This document shows, in pieces, positions 30,521-40,512 of a stretch of DNA of 64,000 bases. The translations under genes and the position numbers were made by a program. The DNA is from Nitrosopumilaceae archaeon (lineage in GTDB: Archaea; Thermoproteota; Nitrososphaeria; Nitrososphaerales; Nitrosopumilaceae). The stretch is taken from NCBI GenBank assembly GCA_965207375.1, contig OZ242274.1, positions 1,792,001 through 1,856,000 on the forward strand. The letters are read 5' to 3'. Under the pieces are notes generated by a model. It did not search any database. It had not been told where the DNA came from and saw only the letters and a program-made list of their open reading frames with translations. Within the stretch, counting starts at the first letter, position 1, and each line of letters opens with the position of its first letter.

Positions 30521-32048
30521 GTAAGTGTTAACGTGGTTTTTACGTCTCTAGAGGTATTTTGCCATCTCTTCTAGATAATTTAATCCAGCATTTCTCCAAG
30601 TCATCACACATGAAAACAAATTGCCCAATGTCTCCATGCTTTTCTCAGATCTGATTCCACCACGTATTTTTCTGTGTACGACAATCTCACGCAGTGCACG
30701 TTCTGCTGCATTGTTGGTAGGAGGTATGGTAGGATCCAGTACAAACCTGAACAGGTTTGGCAGGGCTCGTCCCAGCTTTCCCATGAATCTTTTGAGATTG
30801 TGCAATGGAGTGTATGTGTTAATAATTCTCTTTACACGACGATACAGATTGCGCCGTATTTTTTTGCGCCGTTTATACGAGATACGTGCAGTTATGGTAT
30901 CTTTTGCATCTTCATATATTTTCTTGAGAGCCTCTTGTGCACCCAGACATTTTTTACATCCACATTTTTGTGTCTCGTGGTGCATCTCACGCATGATGTG
31001 AGCCCAACATCTCTGGATATCATATACCATGTACGGTTTGTGTCCGTCACAGATGATTGTTCCCTTCCAGTCATCTCCTAGTATCTCTTCGAGTACGTCT
31101 CTTCCCCTGCTAGGCCGTACCACATACAGTGCAGTATTTGTACCTGGAATGTAAAATACCCACGCCCATACGTTTTTGCCGTTTAGATGTATTGATGTCT
31201 CATCTATGTGTAACAGGACTGCAGCCCTGATTGCCTTTAGGAGTTGTTTTGTGGGTGCCGTTAGGCACGCACCAACCATGGTTATTATGTTGTGTGCAGA
31301 AGCTGGAGATATTTTGATTCCCCTCAAGGTCAGTGCTTCTGCGTTTCTGCGATGAGGTAGTCTGTCGATATAATTTGCTACTGCCTGTGTTACTATATTG
31401 TTGCCATAATTGCCTTTTGTAGGAAAATCAGTCTCTGGGATTATGTCTTTTTTGCCACAGTTTTTGCATGAGCACAAATCTACATGATGACGTGTTGTTT
31501 CAGGTTGTACCTGTGGCGGTACTTCTGTAATGTCACGTATCTGTGTTTTGATAATTTTAAGATCTTTTGAGCCACACTCTGGACATTTTGCTGGCGTGTG
31601 TTGTTTGAATTTTGTAGGTTTTGGCTTGCTTGTTGCACCTTTGTGTCCCTTTGGTGCTCCTCGCTCACCTGTTGTTTTCTTGTTTTTATCCTTGTTTTTA
31701 TTATCAGTTTTCTTCTTTTCTGGCATCTTGCGTGATGGTGGAGTGTGTGCGTTATCATAAAATTGGAGTTTTTTATTAAGATCCTTGGCAATAGTTTTCA
31801 AATTGTGTATGTTGTTTTCTAACTCCTTTACTAGATCTTTTAGTTTTTTTTCGTTGTCATCTTTTTTTTGTATAATAGCATCTTTCAACTCCATCATCTG
31901 TTCGAGTTTTAGATTCTTAGTTCGTTCGGCTTTGTAGAGTTTTTTGAAATCTGTCAATGTATGGTTTGGCTATTTGACCTCATTTAGATCATGTTGCCAA
32001 AAATTTGATCGTAAATGGTCAAAATCTAGGCACGACGTAAACACTTAC
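30521..32048 (-). mobile_element. IS66-family element, copy 2, 1528 bp
   Basis: Same termini as copy 1; duplication CAGAATTG. Confidence 0.96.
30548..31957 (-). CDS. IS66 transposase
   Basis: 469 aa; about 6 residues differ from copy 1. Confidence 0.96.
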   Translation of the reverse strand: MTDFKKLYKAERTKNLKLEQMMELKDAIIQKKDDNEKKLKDLVKELENNIHNLKTIAKDLNKKLQFYDNAHTPPSRKMPEKKKTDNKNKDKNKKTTGERGAPKGHKGATSKPKPTKFKQHTPAKCPECGSKDLKIIKTQIRDITEVPPQVQPETTRHHVDLCSCKNCGKKDIIPETDFPTKGNYGNNIVTQAVANYIDRLPHRRNAEALTLRGIKISPASAHNIITMVGACLTAPTKQLLKAIRAAVLLHIDETSIHLNGKNVWAWVFYIPGTNTALYVVRPSRGRDVLEEILGDDWKGTIICDGHKPYMVYDIQRCWAHIMREMHHETQKCGCKKCLGAQEALKKIYEDAKDTITARISYKRRKKIRRNLYRRVKRIINTYTPLHNLKRFMGKLGRALPNLFRFVLDPTIPPTNNAAERALREIVVHRKIRGGIRSEKSMETLGNLFSCVMTWRNAGLNYLEEMAKYL

Positions 32049-32512
32049 CAGAATTGATAACTGATGCCCTGCCCTTATATGCACAGACATTTGAATCAAC
32101 ATATGCTGCATCAAATTCACTACATCAACATTGCACACACATAGCAAATGCAGGTATCGCCAAAAAGAACAACAACGTCCAGGAAAGATTCAACTGAACA
32201 TTACGTGATATACAACGGCCCAGACGCGGCATTAAAAGTAAAAACTCTAATATTTCCAAGATGTGATATTTATTACAATTTCATGCGGTGACACTTGAAT
32301 CTTGGAGACAAGACACCTGCAGAGGCTGCAGGTATAACTATACACGGACAAAAATGGTGGACCGTAATATCAAACGCTGCATTATACGTACAATAAACTC
32401 CAAAGTTACATGTGATGAAATAATGACAACTCGGAGAAGATTATGTTCTGCTAGTGTGATTACTCTGCTGGTACAGGCAGAAATCTAGGCACGGGCAATT
32501 CGGAGAAAATTT

Positions 32513-32613
32513 GTAACTGTTCGGTCTCTGGAAGTTCAGACACGAAATAACAACAAAAATAATTGATTTCATGCACAATACAGGCATGAAGCTTCCACAG
32601 ACAGATCAGTTAC
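32513..32613. mobile_element. 101-bp MITE (family B)
   Basis: About 26-bp imperfect inverted repeats GTAACTG(T/A)TC(G/T)GTCT(C/G)TGGAAG; duplication GAAAATTT; empty site visible at 53702-53709. Confidence 0.92.
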
Positions 32614-32692
32614 GAAAATTTGCATATTGATGTTTTACCAACAATTAACGCTGGAGAATCACTAGGTGAACAAGTACTAATGCTGAAGAATC

Positions 32693-32780
32693 TATACTTT
32701 GTAGACTTTTTGTACGAGAGCTAGGCGTGAAATTTGTATACTTTGTAGACTTTTTGTACGAGAGCTAGGCGTGAAATTTG
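32693..32780. repeat. Perfect 44-bp tandem duplication
   Basis: TATACTTTGTAGACTTTTTGTACGAGAGCTAGGCGTGAAATTTG x2. Confidence 0.95.
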
Positions 32781-32790
32781 TAAATCCACC

Positions 32791-33983
32791 TCAGGAATCA
32801 TTTTCAAATTGAATTCGATCAAGATATTTCTGGAATAATGGCATTGAGAAACGATAGTATCCACGTTGTGGTCTGTAGATGAGACCTTTCTCCTCCAAGC
32901 GTTTCAGATGAGTAGTGGCAGGACCTTTGTCTAGGTGTGCAGTAGCACATATGGAAGAAAAGTTAGCTTCTTCCTCGGACATGGTGACCATTGCATACAA
33001 CATTTTCTTTTGATTGCTAAGGGATTCCATGCGCTGGGCAAAAAAATCAAAACCAAGTTTTTCCATAATTTTATCCTTCACGGCGTTATAGTCATCTAAG
33101 TCCAAGTGCGATTTGTCGGTTCTCTCAATTATCTCACTAGAGAAAAATTGGATAAAGTACGGATATCTGTCTGCATCATCCACTATTGCAGATACTAGTT
33201 GTCAGAAAAGCTACGATGCGTTGTCCTGATAGGTTCCAAAATGGCATTTTTTGCATCGTTTTCATGCAGATTGGAGATTGGTATGACGGTGAACATTCTC
33301 TCAGAATACGAACGGGATTCTTTGACATTGCGTAACATTGGAGGTAGGCCACATAGGACGAGTGAATACCTGTATCCCTTCATCTGCAAGGTGTTAAATG
33401 TGCCAATGAGATCTGCAAGTACATACCACTTGTTTACTTTTACGTCTCTTATTGCATGAAATTCATCCAAAAGAAAAACGACTCCATTGAGATTGCATTT
33501 CTTCAACGTTTCCCATGCTTTGATCAGATAATCCTCCATCTGATCCTCAATGGGAGCATCTGCATGTGAATCATATGCAGGTTGATATGATATTATTCCA
33601 GGAATCTCTACATTTTTTGGCCTTACATATCTTCCAATGGTTTTTATTTTCTTCCTTGTTTTGTCCAGTCTTGAAGATGCCTCAATTGCTCGGTCTACAT
33701 CGTGTTGAATTGTCTTTACAAACACATCAGGATCCGAATATTTGGGGCTGAACTGTAATCTCATTATAGGAAGAAATTCATGGTCCATACACATATTGGC
33801 AAATCTATTCAAAAGAACTGTCTTTCCTACACCGCGAAGGCCATGTATCAATATGTTCTCAACTTTGCCTGCCTTGATACGTTACAACATATGCAAAAAT
33901 GTATCAAGTTCTGAGTTTCTGCCAGCTAGGCATGGCGGTTCCAAACCAGAACCTGGCGTGAATGGATTATTATGATCAGACAC
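32791..33983 (-). pseudogene. P-loop ATPase (AAA_16/STAND-like) with C-terminal winged helix; nonsense codon and frameshift
   Basis: NPFTPGSG...LAGRNSEL...HML*RIK...GLRGVGKT, FLLDEFH; frameshift near 33190; LKRLEEKGLIYRPQRGYYRF. Confidence 0.88.
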
Positions 33984-34431
33984 GCATGTACCACTATACA
34001 ATTCGCTATAAACATAGTTGAAAATATGTAGCTAGAATTACTTGTCTGATTTTTTGATTTGCGGCTAGTCACAGCAGATACTACTCTTTCAAAGATATCA
34101 CGTATCATCTGCCGAAATCTTGTGGTTTGTCGTGACACTACAAGTACACTCGCAGTTAACCTACAGGCAACGTAGAATCCACTACAATGTTTCGGTGGAT
34201 CTTTGGATTGATCTGAGGTTCGAACATCATTGCAGTTTTAAACTCAAGTGGAGTAGATGTGATTCCAGTACGATTTGGATCTTTTGATCTGGCGTAAACT
34301 TGATTTTCATAGTGTATTTCTCCAGTTATCTGACTTAAGGTGTATGAAAGCAAGTGTTCCTATTCTGACTGGGTCCTCACCAAATCATATACAGAATCAA
34401 AATTTAAAGTAGGAAAAACTGGCAATTATTT

Positions 34432-35490
34432 TTATGATCTTTTCTCAAGCCAATCTCCCAGCTCTGGGAGGACCGTCTTTTGTGAAAATGAGCTTGCAAT
34501 CATGCCTACGTGTCCTGTAGGGTATATTCGAAGTGTCTTATCCTTACTTCCTACGGCATAATGAAGCGGCATACTGCATTCAGGGGAGACCAAATGATCT
34601 CCTACTGCCACCTGTGTGAAAATAGGCATGTCGATTTTTTCTAGTGAAACGTGCTTGTTGCCCACATACATTTTATTTTGAACAAGCAGATTATCCTGAT
34701 AGATATCTTTTATCCATTGTCTAAAAAGCTCACCTGGAATCGGCGGGGTTTGTGCCAGCCATTTTTCTACTCTGAGAAAATTATCTACAAATTTTTCATT
34801 ATGAATATTGTTAAAAAATTTAATGTATTTTTCAATTCCTTGCTCAAATGGTTTTAGGATGGAAAAACAGTAATACATGAATTCAGGTGGCATGTTTCCT
34901 ATAGTCTCGACCATTTTGTCAACATCGATGTGTTTTGCAAGATTACTTACTACAGTTGTGTCTTTCCAGCCATCAATTACAGGTGCTGTAACTATTAGAT
35001 TTTTGACATTTTCTGGATGTAGTGCAGAATATGCTACAGCCATTGTGCCACCGGTACAATATCCATGAAGGGATACATTTTCTACATTTGATTCATTTTT
35101 TGCAAATTCTATACAGTTGTCCAAATATCCATTGATATAGTCATCAAAATCCAAATATTTGTCAATATTAGAAGGCATTCCCCAATCCACCAAATAGACA
35201 TCAAATCCTTGCTCTAGTAGACTTCGAACCCAGCTTTTTTTAGGATGAATATCTAAAATGTGATACCTGTTGACTATAGCATATGAGATTACTACCGGTG
35301 TTGCAATTTGTTTTTTTGTAAGCGGCTTGTAATGTAATAGTTTTACCTTGTCTTCTTTATAGGATACATCATGTTTGGTTGTTTCCAAGTTGATTTCGTT
35401 TGGTGCAGAGACAAAATTTGGAGCTTGAACTACGTTTTTTGAGAATTTTAAAATTTCACTTACAACTTTTGCGTCAATTTGACTTTGCAT
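34432..35490 (-). CDS. phaC: Class III PHA synthase subunit PhaC
   Basis: YAIVNRYHILD, VYLVDWG, lipase box GYCTGG, catalytic D (GDHLV) and H (TGHVG). Confidence 0.95.
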   Translation of the reverse strand: MQSQIDAKVVSEILKFSKNVVQAPNFVSAPNEINLETTKHDVSYKEDKVKLLHYKPLTKKQIATPVVISYAIVNRYHILDIHPKKSWVRSLLEQGFDVYLVDWGMPSNIDKYLDFDDYINGYLDNCIEFAKNESNVENVSLHGYCTGGTMAVAYSALHPENVKNLIVTAPVIDGWKDTTVVSNLAKHIDVDKMVETIGNMPPEFMYYCFSILKPFEQGIEKYIKFFNNIHNEKFVDNFLRVEKWLAQTPPIPGELFRQWIKDIYQDNLLVQNKMYVGNKHVSLEKIDMPIFTQVAVGDHLVSPECSMPLHYAVGSKDKTLRIYPTGHVGMIASSFSQKTVLPELGDWLEKRS

Positions 35491-36055
35491 TATTTTTTCT
35501 CCTTTGTGAGGTTTGTCTCTCTAATTTTGAAATTCTTTTTCTCAATACATGTAGTTCTTTGTAAACCTCATCTATCTCTTTCTTGTTTGGAAGATTTGCA
35601 GATTGTAAAATTACATTCATGATATTATTCCAATGTTTGGTCAGTTCTAATTCTTTTGATACGAGTTTTCCATAGTTTTCTCCGAATCTTTTTGAATCAA
35701 ATAGTTCTGTAAAATCATTATCAAAGATATCAATCCATATTCTTTTGTATGCTTCAAACTGTTCAACATCTTTGGGAAGATCTGGTGCTTTTAGATTGAC
35801 TTTTTTTTGTGCTTCACTCCATGTTTCTACTAGTTGCTTGTAATATTCCATCAATGCATCGTTGAATTTCAACAGATCCTCGTTTGCATCCAACAATTCA
35901 CTTGTGATTTTTTTTGCATTTGTCGCAAAATTTCTCATTGGCCCAACAGAGGTTAACGACTGTGGTTTACTTGACATTAGATGGATTAGATCATTCCAAA
36001 ATACAGACATGTGCCGGTAATAGTCCTTCATTTTCTGATCATCTTCTACAGTCAT
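35474..36055 (-). CDS. phaE: Class III PHA synthase subunit PhaE
   Basis: YKRIWID, NLPNKKEIDEVYKELHVLRKRISKLE; overlaps phaC. Confidence 0.9.
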   Translation of the reverse strand: MTVEDDQKMKDYYRHMSVFWNDLIHLMSSKPQSLTSVGPMRNFATNAKKITSELLDANEDLLKFNDALMEYYKQLVETWSEAQKKVNLKAPDLPKDVEQFEAYKRIWIDIFDNDFTELFDSKRFGENYGKLVSKELELTKHWNNIMNVILQSANLPNKKEIDEVYKELHVLRKRISKLERQTSQRRKNNAKSN

Positions 36056-36409
36056 GCATATTCATGTAGGCGATCTCAATAAATAGATCGCGGTTATCAG
36101 CATCTCTTGTATTCTAAAAACTGACACGACAAGACAATACTTGCATGCACAGTTTAGATAATGACTGGTAATCGGATGCTCTACAGAGGTTGTGCTCTAT
36201 TTTGAGTTTTAGTTGAGAAGATTTGAACTAGTTTGATTTTCTTTTGATTTGTTGTGTATGGTATGAATCCAAAAAAATTATCATCAAAGAACTTTATCAA
36301 TGAATGTAGATCAAATTTGCTCAGATTAGACTAAATGGCACATATCGAGGTAGAACATAATCTGAAATTTAAAATCATTTAAAAAGAGCTTTTCGTGTCT
36401 TGGTTTTGT

Positions 36410-36568
36410 ATGGCACCACACAAATCCGCTCCAAGAAAGATTCGTTTGATGAAAAAAATAAAACAAACATCTCCGGTGCCAGCTTGGGTTATTCTTAAAA
36501 CTAAACGTGGAGTTCGTACAAATCCTAAACGTAGAGCTTGGAGAAGTACAGCTGTGGAGGTAGGATAG
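36410..36568 (+). CDS. rpl39e: 50S ribosomal protein L39e
   Basis: Hand translation MAPHKSAPRKIRLMKKIKQTSPVPAWVILKTKRGVRTNPKRRAWRSTAVEVG*; not in the ORF track. Confidence 0.96.
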   Translation: MAPHKSAPRKIRLMKKIKQTSPVPAWVILKTKRGVRTNPKRRAWRSTAVEVG

Positions 36569-37090
36569 TTGTCACAAGAGCCAGAACGCGTTTATACAAT
36601 TAATCTAGGCAAAGTATTGCTTTCTCAATCTCAACACAGAGCTGTTCGAGCAATTAACATGATTAGAGAATTTGCTCGCCACCATATGAAAACAGAAAAC
36701 ATCAAGATTGAAGAAGATGTTGCACACCAAATTTGGTCTAGAGGAGTTCGTAGCCCTCCAAGAAAAATCAGAGTCAGAATGTCCAGAACAGATGATGGAT
36801 CTATTTTAGTTTCTAGATATGAAGAGAGTACAGAAGAAATTATTGCAGAACCAGAAAAGTCAGCAGAGACAGTTGTAGAACCAGAGCAGGTAACAGATAC
36901 AAAGTCAGCAGAGACTGTAGTAGAACCAGAGCAGGTAACAGATACAAAGTCAGCAGAGACTGTAGTAGAACCAGAGCAGGTAACAGATACAAAGTCAGCA
37001 GAGACTGTAGTAGAACCAGAGCAGGTAACAGATACAAAGTCAGCAGAGACTGTAGTAGAAAAATCAGACGATGAGACTAAAAAGGAATAA
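36569..37090 (+). CDS. rpl31e: 50S ribosomal protein L31e with acidic repeat tail
   Basis: ERVYTINL, RAVRAI, IWSRGVRSPPRKIRV. Confidence 0.96.
   Translation: MSQEPERVYTINLGKVLLSQSQHRAVRAINMIREFARHHMKTENIKIEEDVAHQIWSRGVRSPPRKIRVRMSRTDDGSILVSRYEESTEEIIAEPEKSAETVVEPEQVTDTKSAETVVEPEQVTDTKSAETVVEPEQVTDTKSAETVVEPEQVTDTKSAETVVEKSDDETKKE
36856..37060 (+). repeat. 45-bp coding tandem repeat (SAETVVEPEQVTDTK), about 4.5 copies
   Basis: Near-identical units read directly. Confidence 0.95.
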
Positions 37091-37127
37091 ACAGAAATTA
37101 TAAAGTGCTAAATTAATTTAAAAATAA

Positions 37128-37766
37128 AAGTGTTAACGTGGTTTTTACGTCTCTAGAGGTATTTTACAATCTGTACCAGATAATTTAGTCTGGCATTTCT
37201 CCACGTCATCACACATGAAAACAGATTACTCAGTGTCTCCATGCTTTTTTCGGATCTGATTCTGCCACGTATTTTTCTGTGTACAACAATCTCATGCAGT
37301 GCACGTTCTGCTGTATTGTTGGTAGGAGATATGGCAGTATCCAGTACAAACTTGAACAGGTTTGGCAGGGCTCGCCCCAGCTTTCCCACGAATCTTTTGA
37401 GATTATGCAATGGAGTGTATGTATCTATAATTCTCTTTACACGACGATGCAGATTGTGCCGTATTTTTTTTGCGCCGTTTATCCGAGATACGTGCAGTTA
37501 TGGTATTCTTTGCATCTTCATAGATTTTTTTTGAGAGCCTCTAGTGCACCCAGACATTTTTTACATCCGCATTTTTGTGTCTCATGGTGTATCTCGCGCA
37601 TGATGTGAGCCCAGCATCTTTGGATATCATATACGATGTACGGTTTGTGTCCGTCACAGATGATTGTTCCCTTCCAGTCAGTTCCCAGTATCTCTTCGAG
37701 TACGTCTCTTCTTCTGCTAGTCCGTACCACATACAGTGCAGTATCTGTACCTGAAATGTAAAATAG
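37128..37766 (-). mobile_element. Truncated, frameshifted IS66 copy 3 (3' part only)
   Basis: QRCWAH and TNNTAERALH fragments; right terminus partly retained. Confidence 0.92.
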
Positions 37767-37888
37767 GCCAAAATCTACCCAAAAATGCAAAGAGAGCAAT
37801 AATGGCAGTGTAAGAATTTTGGTCACAATTCGCTTAGCTGGATCAGTTCTCGATGTGTTACTACCATGCGATCTGTGACAGATGCGGA

Positions 37889-38302
37889 TTAAACAAGCCT
37901 GCCGCGACGCCTGAATTCATCTTCCACAGCATCATAAACCAAGCGGGCTTTGGATTCGACCACGACAGCATCTGCGTTTGTAGGTTCGGACCACGTACCA
38001 GGATATCTTGCCTCAATTGCCCATTCGGCTAGATCAGACAGATCGCTGTGAGCGTCACGCACTGCCCAGTCTTTTGGAAGCAGATTTTTCAAAACGTCCA
38101 AATCGTGTGTGTGCGGAAACGCAATACTTTCAAACACCAAGGCCGCCTTTAGAGCTTTTTCTGCGGACTGCTGACATAACCAGCAGGCATGATGAGGTGA
38201 AGGGTCTGGATCTCTCATTGCCTTTAATGCCATGGCAAGATCTTTTTTGGAGAACCTTAGCCATCGGAGAGCCATTGATGTGACAGGATCAGTGTTGTTC
38301 AT
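37889..38302 (-). CDS. HEPN domain protein
   Basis: ACWLCQQSAEKALKA, FPHTHDL, IEARYP. Confidence 0.92.
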   Translation of the reverse strand: MNNTDPVTSMALRWLRFSKKDLAMALKAMRDPDPSPHHACWLCQQSAEKALKAALVFESIAFPHTHDLDVLKNLLPKDWAVRDAHSDLSDLAEWAIEARYPGTWSEPTNADAVVVESKARLVYDAVEDEFRRRGRLV

Positions 38303-38606
38303 ATACTATCTTTCCTTCACGAAGCGCAGTATATGCTATAGTACCTACCACATTTCGTAGTCTTTCAACCTCGTCGGATGTGGAGACCACTATATCTTTG
38401 CTGACAGGCATGTCTTTGAGCAATCTTCTCATCTCAATTGCTACTTTGCGCTTGTCCGAAACGTCGTTCAGTATAACCAATAAATCAATGTCACTTGATT
38501 CGGTAGCATCACCGCGTGCCTGAGAGCCAAAGAGGAAGATCCGAAGTGGGTGGAATTGTCCTACGATACGATCAACCATAATAGAAATGGCATCAACGGT
38601 CGTCAT
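38289..38606 (-). CDS. Minimal nucleotidyltransferase (MNT)
   Basis: LFGSQARG...SDIDLLV; overlaps the HEPN gene. Confidence 0.93.
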   Translation of the reverse strand: MTTVDAISIMVDRIVGQFHPLRIFLFGSQARGDATESSDIDLLVILNDVSDKRKVAIEMRRLLKDMPVSKDIVVSTSDEVERLRNVVGTIAYTALREGKIVYEQH

Positions 38607-39205
38607 GTAATTTCATCCCCGCAGGTAACGGCTCTTGTTGTGCTGTGATCTCTCTTGCCATATGCAAAATCTTGGGCCAGCTCTGAACTAGTGTGTAGTT
38701 CTGTGCCTCTTTGGCGTATCTTTTTTTGCTCGCATATGTGGTAAAGACAATATGTCAACTCCCTTGCATATTCAGCCACGGAGCCAAGTCTTGCCATAAT
38801 TTTGGCCACATCCAACTTGCTCTTTTCAAGCAAACGCATCAGGCTATGTGTGGTATCCCATACGGTAAATTTTTTGTCTTTTTTTAGATCCCAGTCTATT
38901 GGTAACTCACTAGGCAAGAAGAGTCGTACCTTGCCAACACTTGTTTTCAATATTCCTGCCTTTTCCATACCTAATACACTAGTGTTCTTTGCCTTAGAAA
39001 GTGTTTTGGCCACTCAAGTCGCTACTGTCAAATTTGTATTGTTCAAACCATACCAGAGCCCAGCCGGTATCTGAATCAAACTCTCCTTCTTGTTCTGTCA
39101 ATATATTATCCAACGTTTGGGTGATAAGTGAAAGGGCATCACTCACAGATACCGCATTACCACTAGCGTCAAGCACCTTACGATATCAAGTAAATATCGA
39201 CATAT
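38603..39205 (-). pseudogene. C-terminal remnant of a DUF1156-type adenine DNA methylase
   Basis: VSDALSLI.Q.LD..L.EQEGEFDSDT.WA..WFEQY, LSKAKNTSV, GKVRL, ARELTYCLYHICE across frameshifts. Confidence 0.75.
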
Positions 39206-39215
39206 AGTCCTATTA

Positions 39216-39316
39216 GTATCTGTTAACGTTGTTTTGCATTTATGGTATTTTTAGACACAAAATTACTTTGTTATCAAAAAATAGAACAAAAATCTAGACC
39301 TGATGTTAACATTTAC
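39216..39316. mobile_element. 101-bp MITE (family A)
   Basis: GTATCTGTTAAC...GTTAACATTTAC; duplication TCCTATTA. Confidence 0.9.
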
Positions 39317-39491
39317 TCCTATTATTGCCTGCGCAAGATCTACGGGGACGATGTTGCAGGATTGCATCAGAATAAGTGCATGTGAAATTTGGGATAAGTT
39401 CATAATGTCATCAAAGAATAAAATAAAAATCTAGGTAAGACGTTAACAATTACAAATAAAATATTAAAATCAAATCTGGAATTAGATGCGT

Positions 39492-40439
39492 TTATTCTAG
39501 ATTATACATGGCAAGTTTGCAGTCATAGTTGCAATCTGGCAAATCCCAGTCCAAAGTATTCTCCATCGGAATATCACCTAAAGGGTCATAGCTGTCAAAT
39601 TTTGTTTGGCCTAAAACAGTTGAAAGCATAACTATACCAGATTCCTCAGTATCTGTCAAAGACATTCCTACAGATGTTGATTCACCCATAGACCCCTGTG
39701 TTAAACTAGAGATTGTTTTTATCATACCTATCGGAATATTGTTTCCACCTAGTACGTATATCATGGAACTTTTGATGCTGTTTGGTAAAGCATCATCATA
39801 CAGCATTTTTAGCGAATCACGAAATGAGGTCTCCACATCCTGATTGCCTTTGCTAGTAGACAGTATGTTGGTTTGAGAAGGAATTTGGTTTGATTTTATG
39901 GATTGGGCCATGTACAATATTGCAGAATTTGCAATTTCATAACATGATTTTACACTTAGATCAGGATTGCTTTGAAGCATGGCATCATTGTCTACAATAA
40001 CAGTACATGCAGAATCCTGCCTTACTCGCTTTAGTGACACGCCTGAAGCAAAAATCCTATCATTTTCATATCCAAACGGCATTACTGCAAAAGATATCAG
40101 ATTTTTTGAATTCTGACGGCATATTGAGGATACTATAGGGGCAATAGATGAGCCTGATTTGCCAGCCAAATTTGCCATCATAATTATGCTAGAATAACCC
40201 AAAATGCATTCCTTTAGTTTTTCTGCATGCTCTAATGCAAATCCCCGGATTACCTGAGATGATGGATTTATTATTGAATTTGTATCTATTTTGATTGATT
40301 TTTCCCCTTGCAAATCTTTGTTATCATTGCTTACAAGCAGACAATCTGCGCCTAGTGATTTTTTGGCCCTAGTTGCCAATTTTGAGCCCACACGCCCCAC
40401 TCCAATAACTAGTATTGGTTCTTGTAATTCAACAGTCAT
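39492..40439 (-). CDS. ftsZ: Divergent FtsZ/tubulin-family protein
   Basis: VIGVGRVG, NLAGKSGS (degenerate signature), MPFGYE, IVDNDAM. Confidence 0.85.
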   Translation of the reverse strand: MTVELQEPILVIGVGRVGSKLATRAKKSLGADCLLVSNDNKDLQGEKSIKIDTNSIINPSSQVIRGFALEHAEKLKECILGYSSIIMMANLAGKSGSSIAPIVSSICRQNSKNLISFAVMPFGYENDRIFASGVSLKRVRQDSACTVIVDNDAMLQSNPDLSVKSCYEIANSAILYMAQSIKSNQIPSQTNILSTSKGNQDVETSFRDSLKMLYDDALPNSIKSSMIYVLGGNNIPIGMIKTISSLTQGSMGESTSVGMSLTDTEESGIVMLSTVLGQTKFDSYDPLGDIPMENTLDWDLPDCNYDCKLAMYNLE

Positions 40440-40512
40440 TGTATAATGTATTTCATGAATTGAATAAAAAACCTTCTTACGTAGTTTTAATCAAATTTCT
40501 GATCTAAAAAAT

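Larger units (their letters stand above)
30390..32660 (+). mobile_element. Degenerate 3' part of the SWIM-DDE element (see 51945), interrupted by IS66 copy 2 and a MITE
   Basis: DNA similarity to about 53040-53747 on both sides of the IS66; ends ...CCAACAATTAACGCTGGAGAATC; left boundary approximate. Confidence 0.9.

Noticed and set aside
32693-32780. Possible mini-CRISPR or att-site pair
   Set aside because: Two abutting 44-bp copies with no spacer; simple tandem duplication
24063-33983. In-frame stops as recoding or an alternative genetic code
   Set aside because: Stops are mixed TAA and TGA, occur with frameshifts and are limited to accessory genes
39492-40439. Degenerate FtsZ signature as a novelty
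   Set aside because: Divergent FtsZ homologs are already known in this lineage
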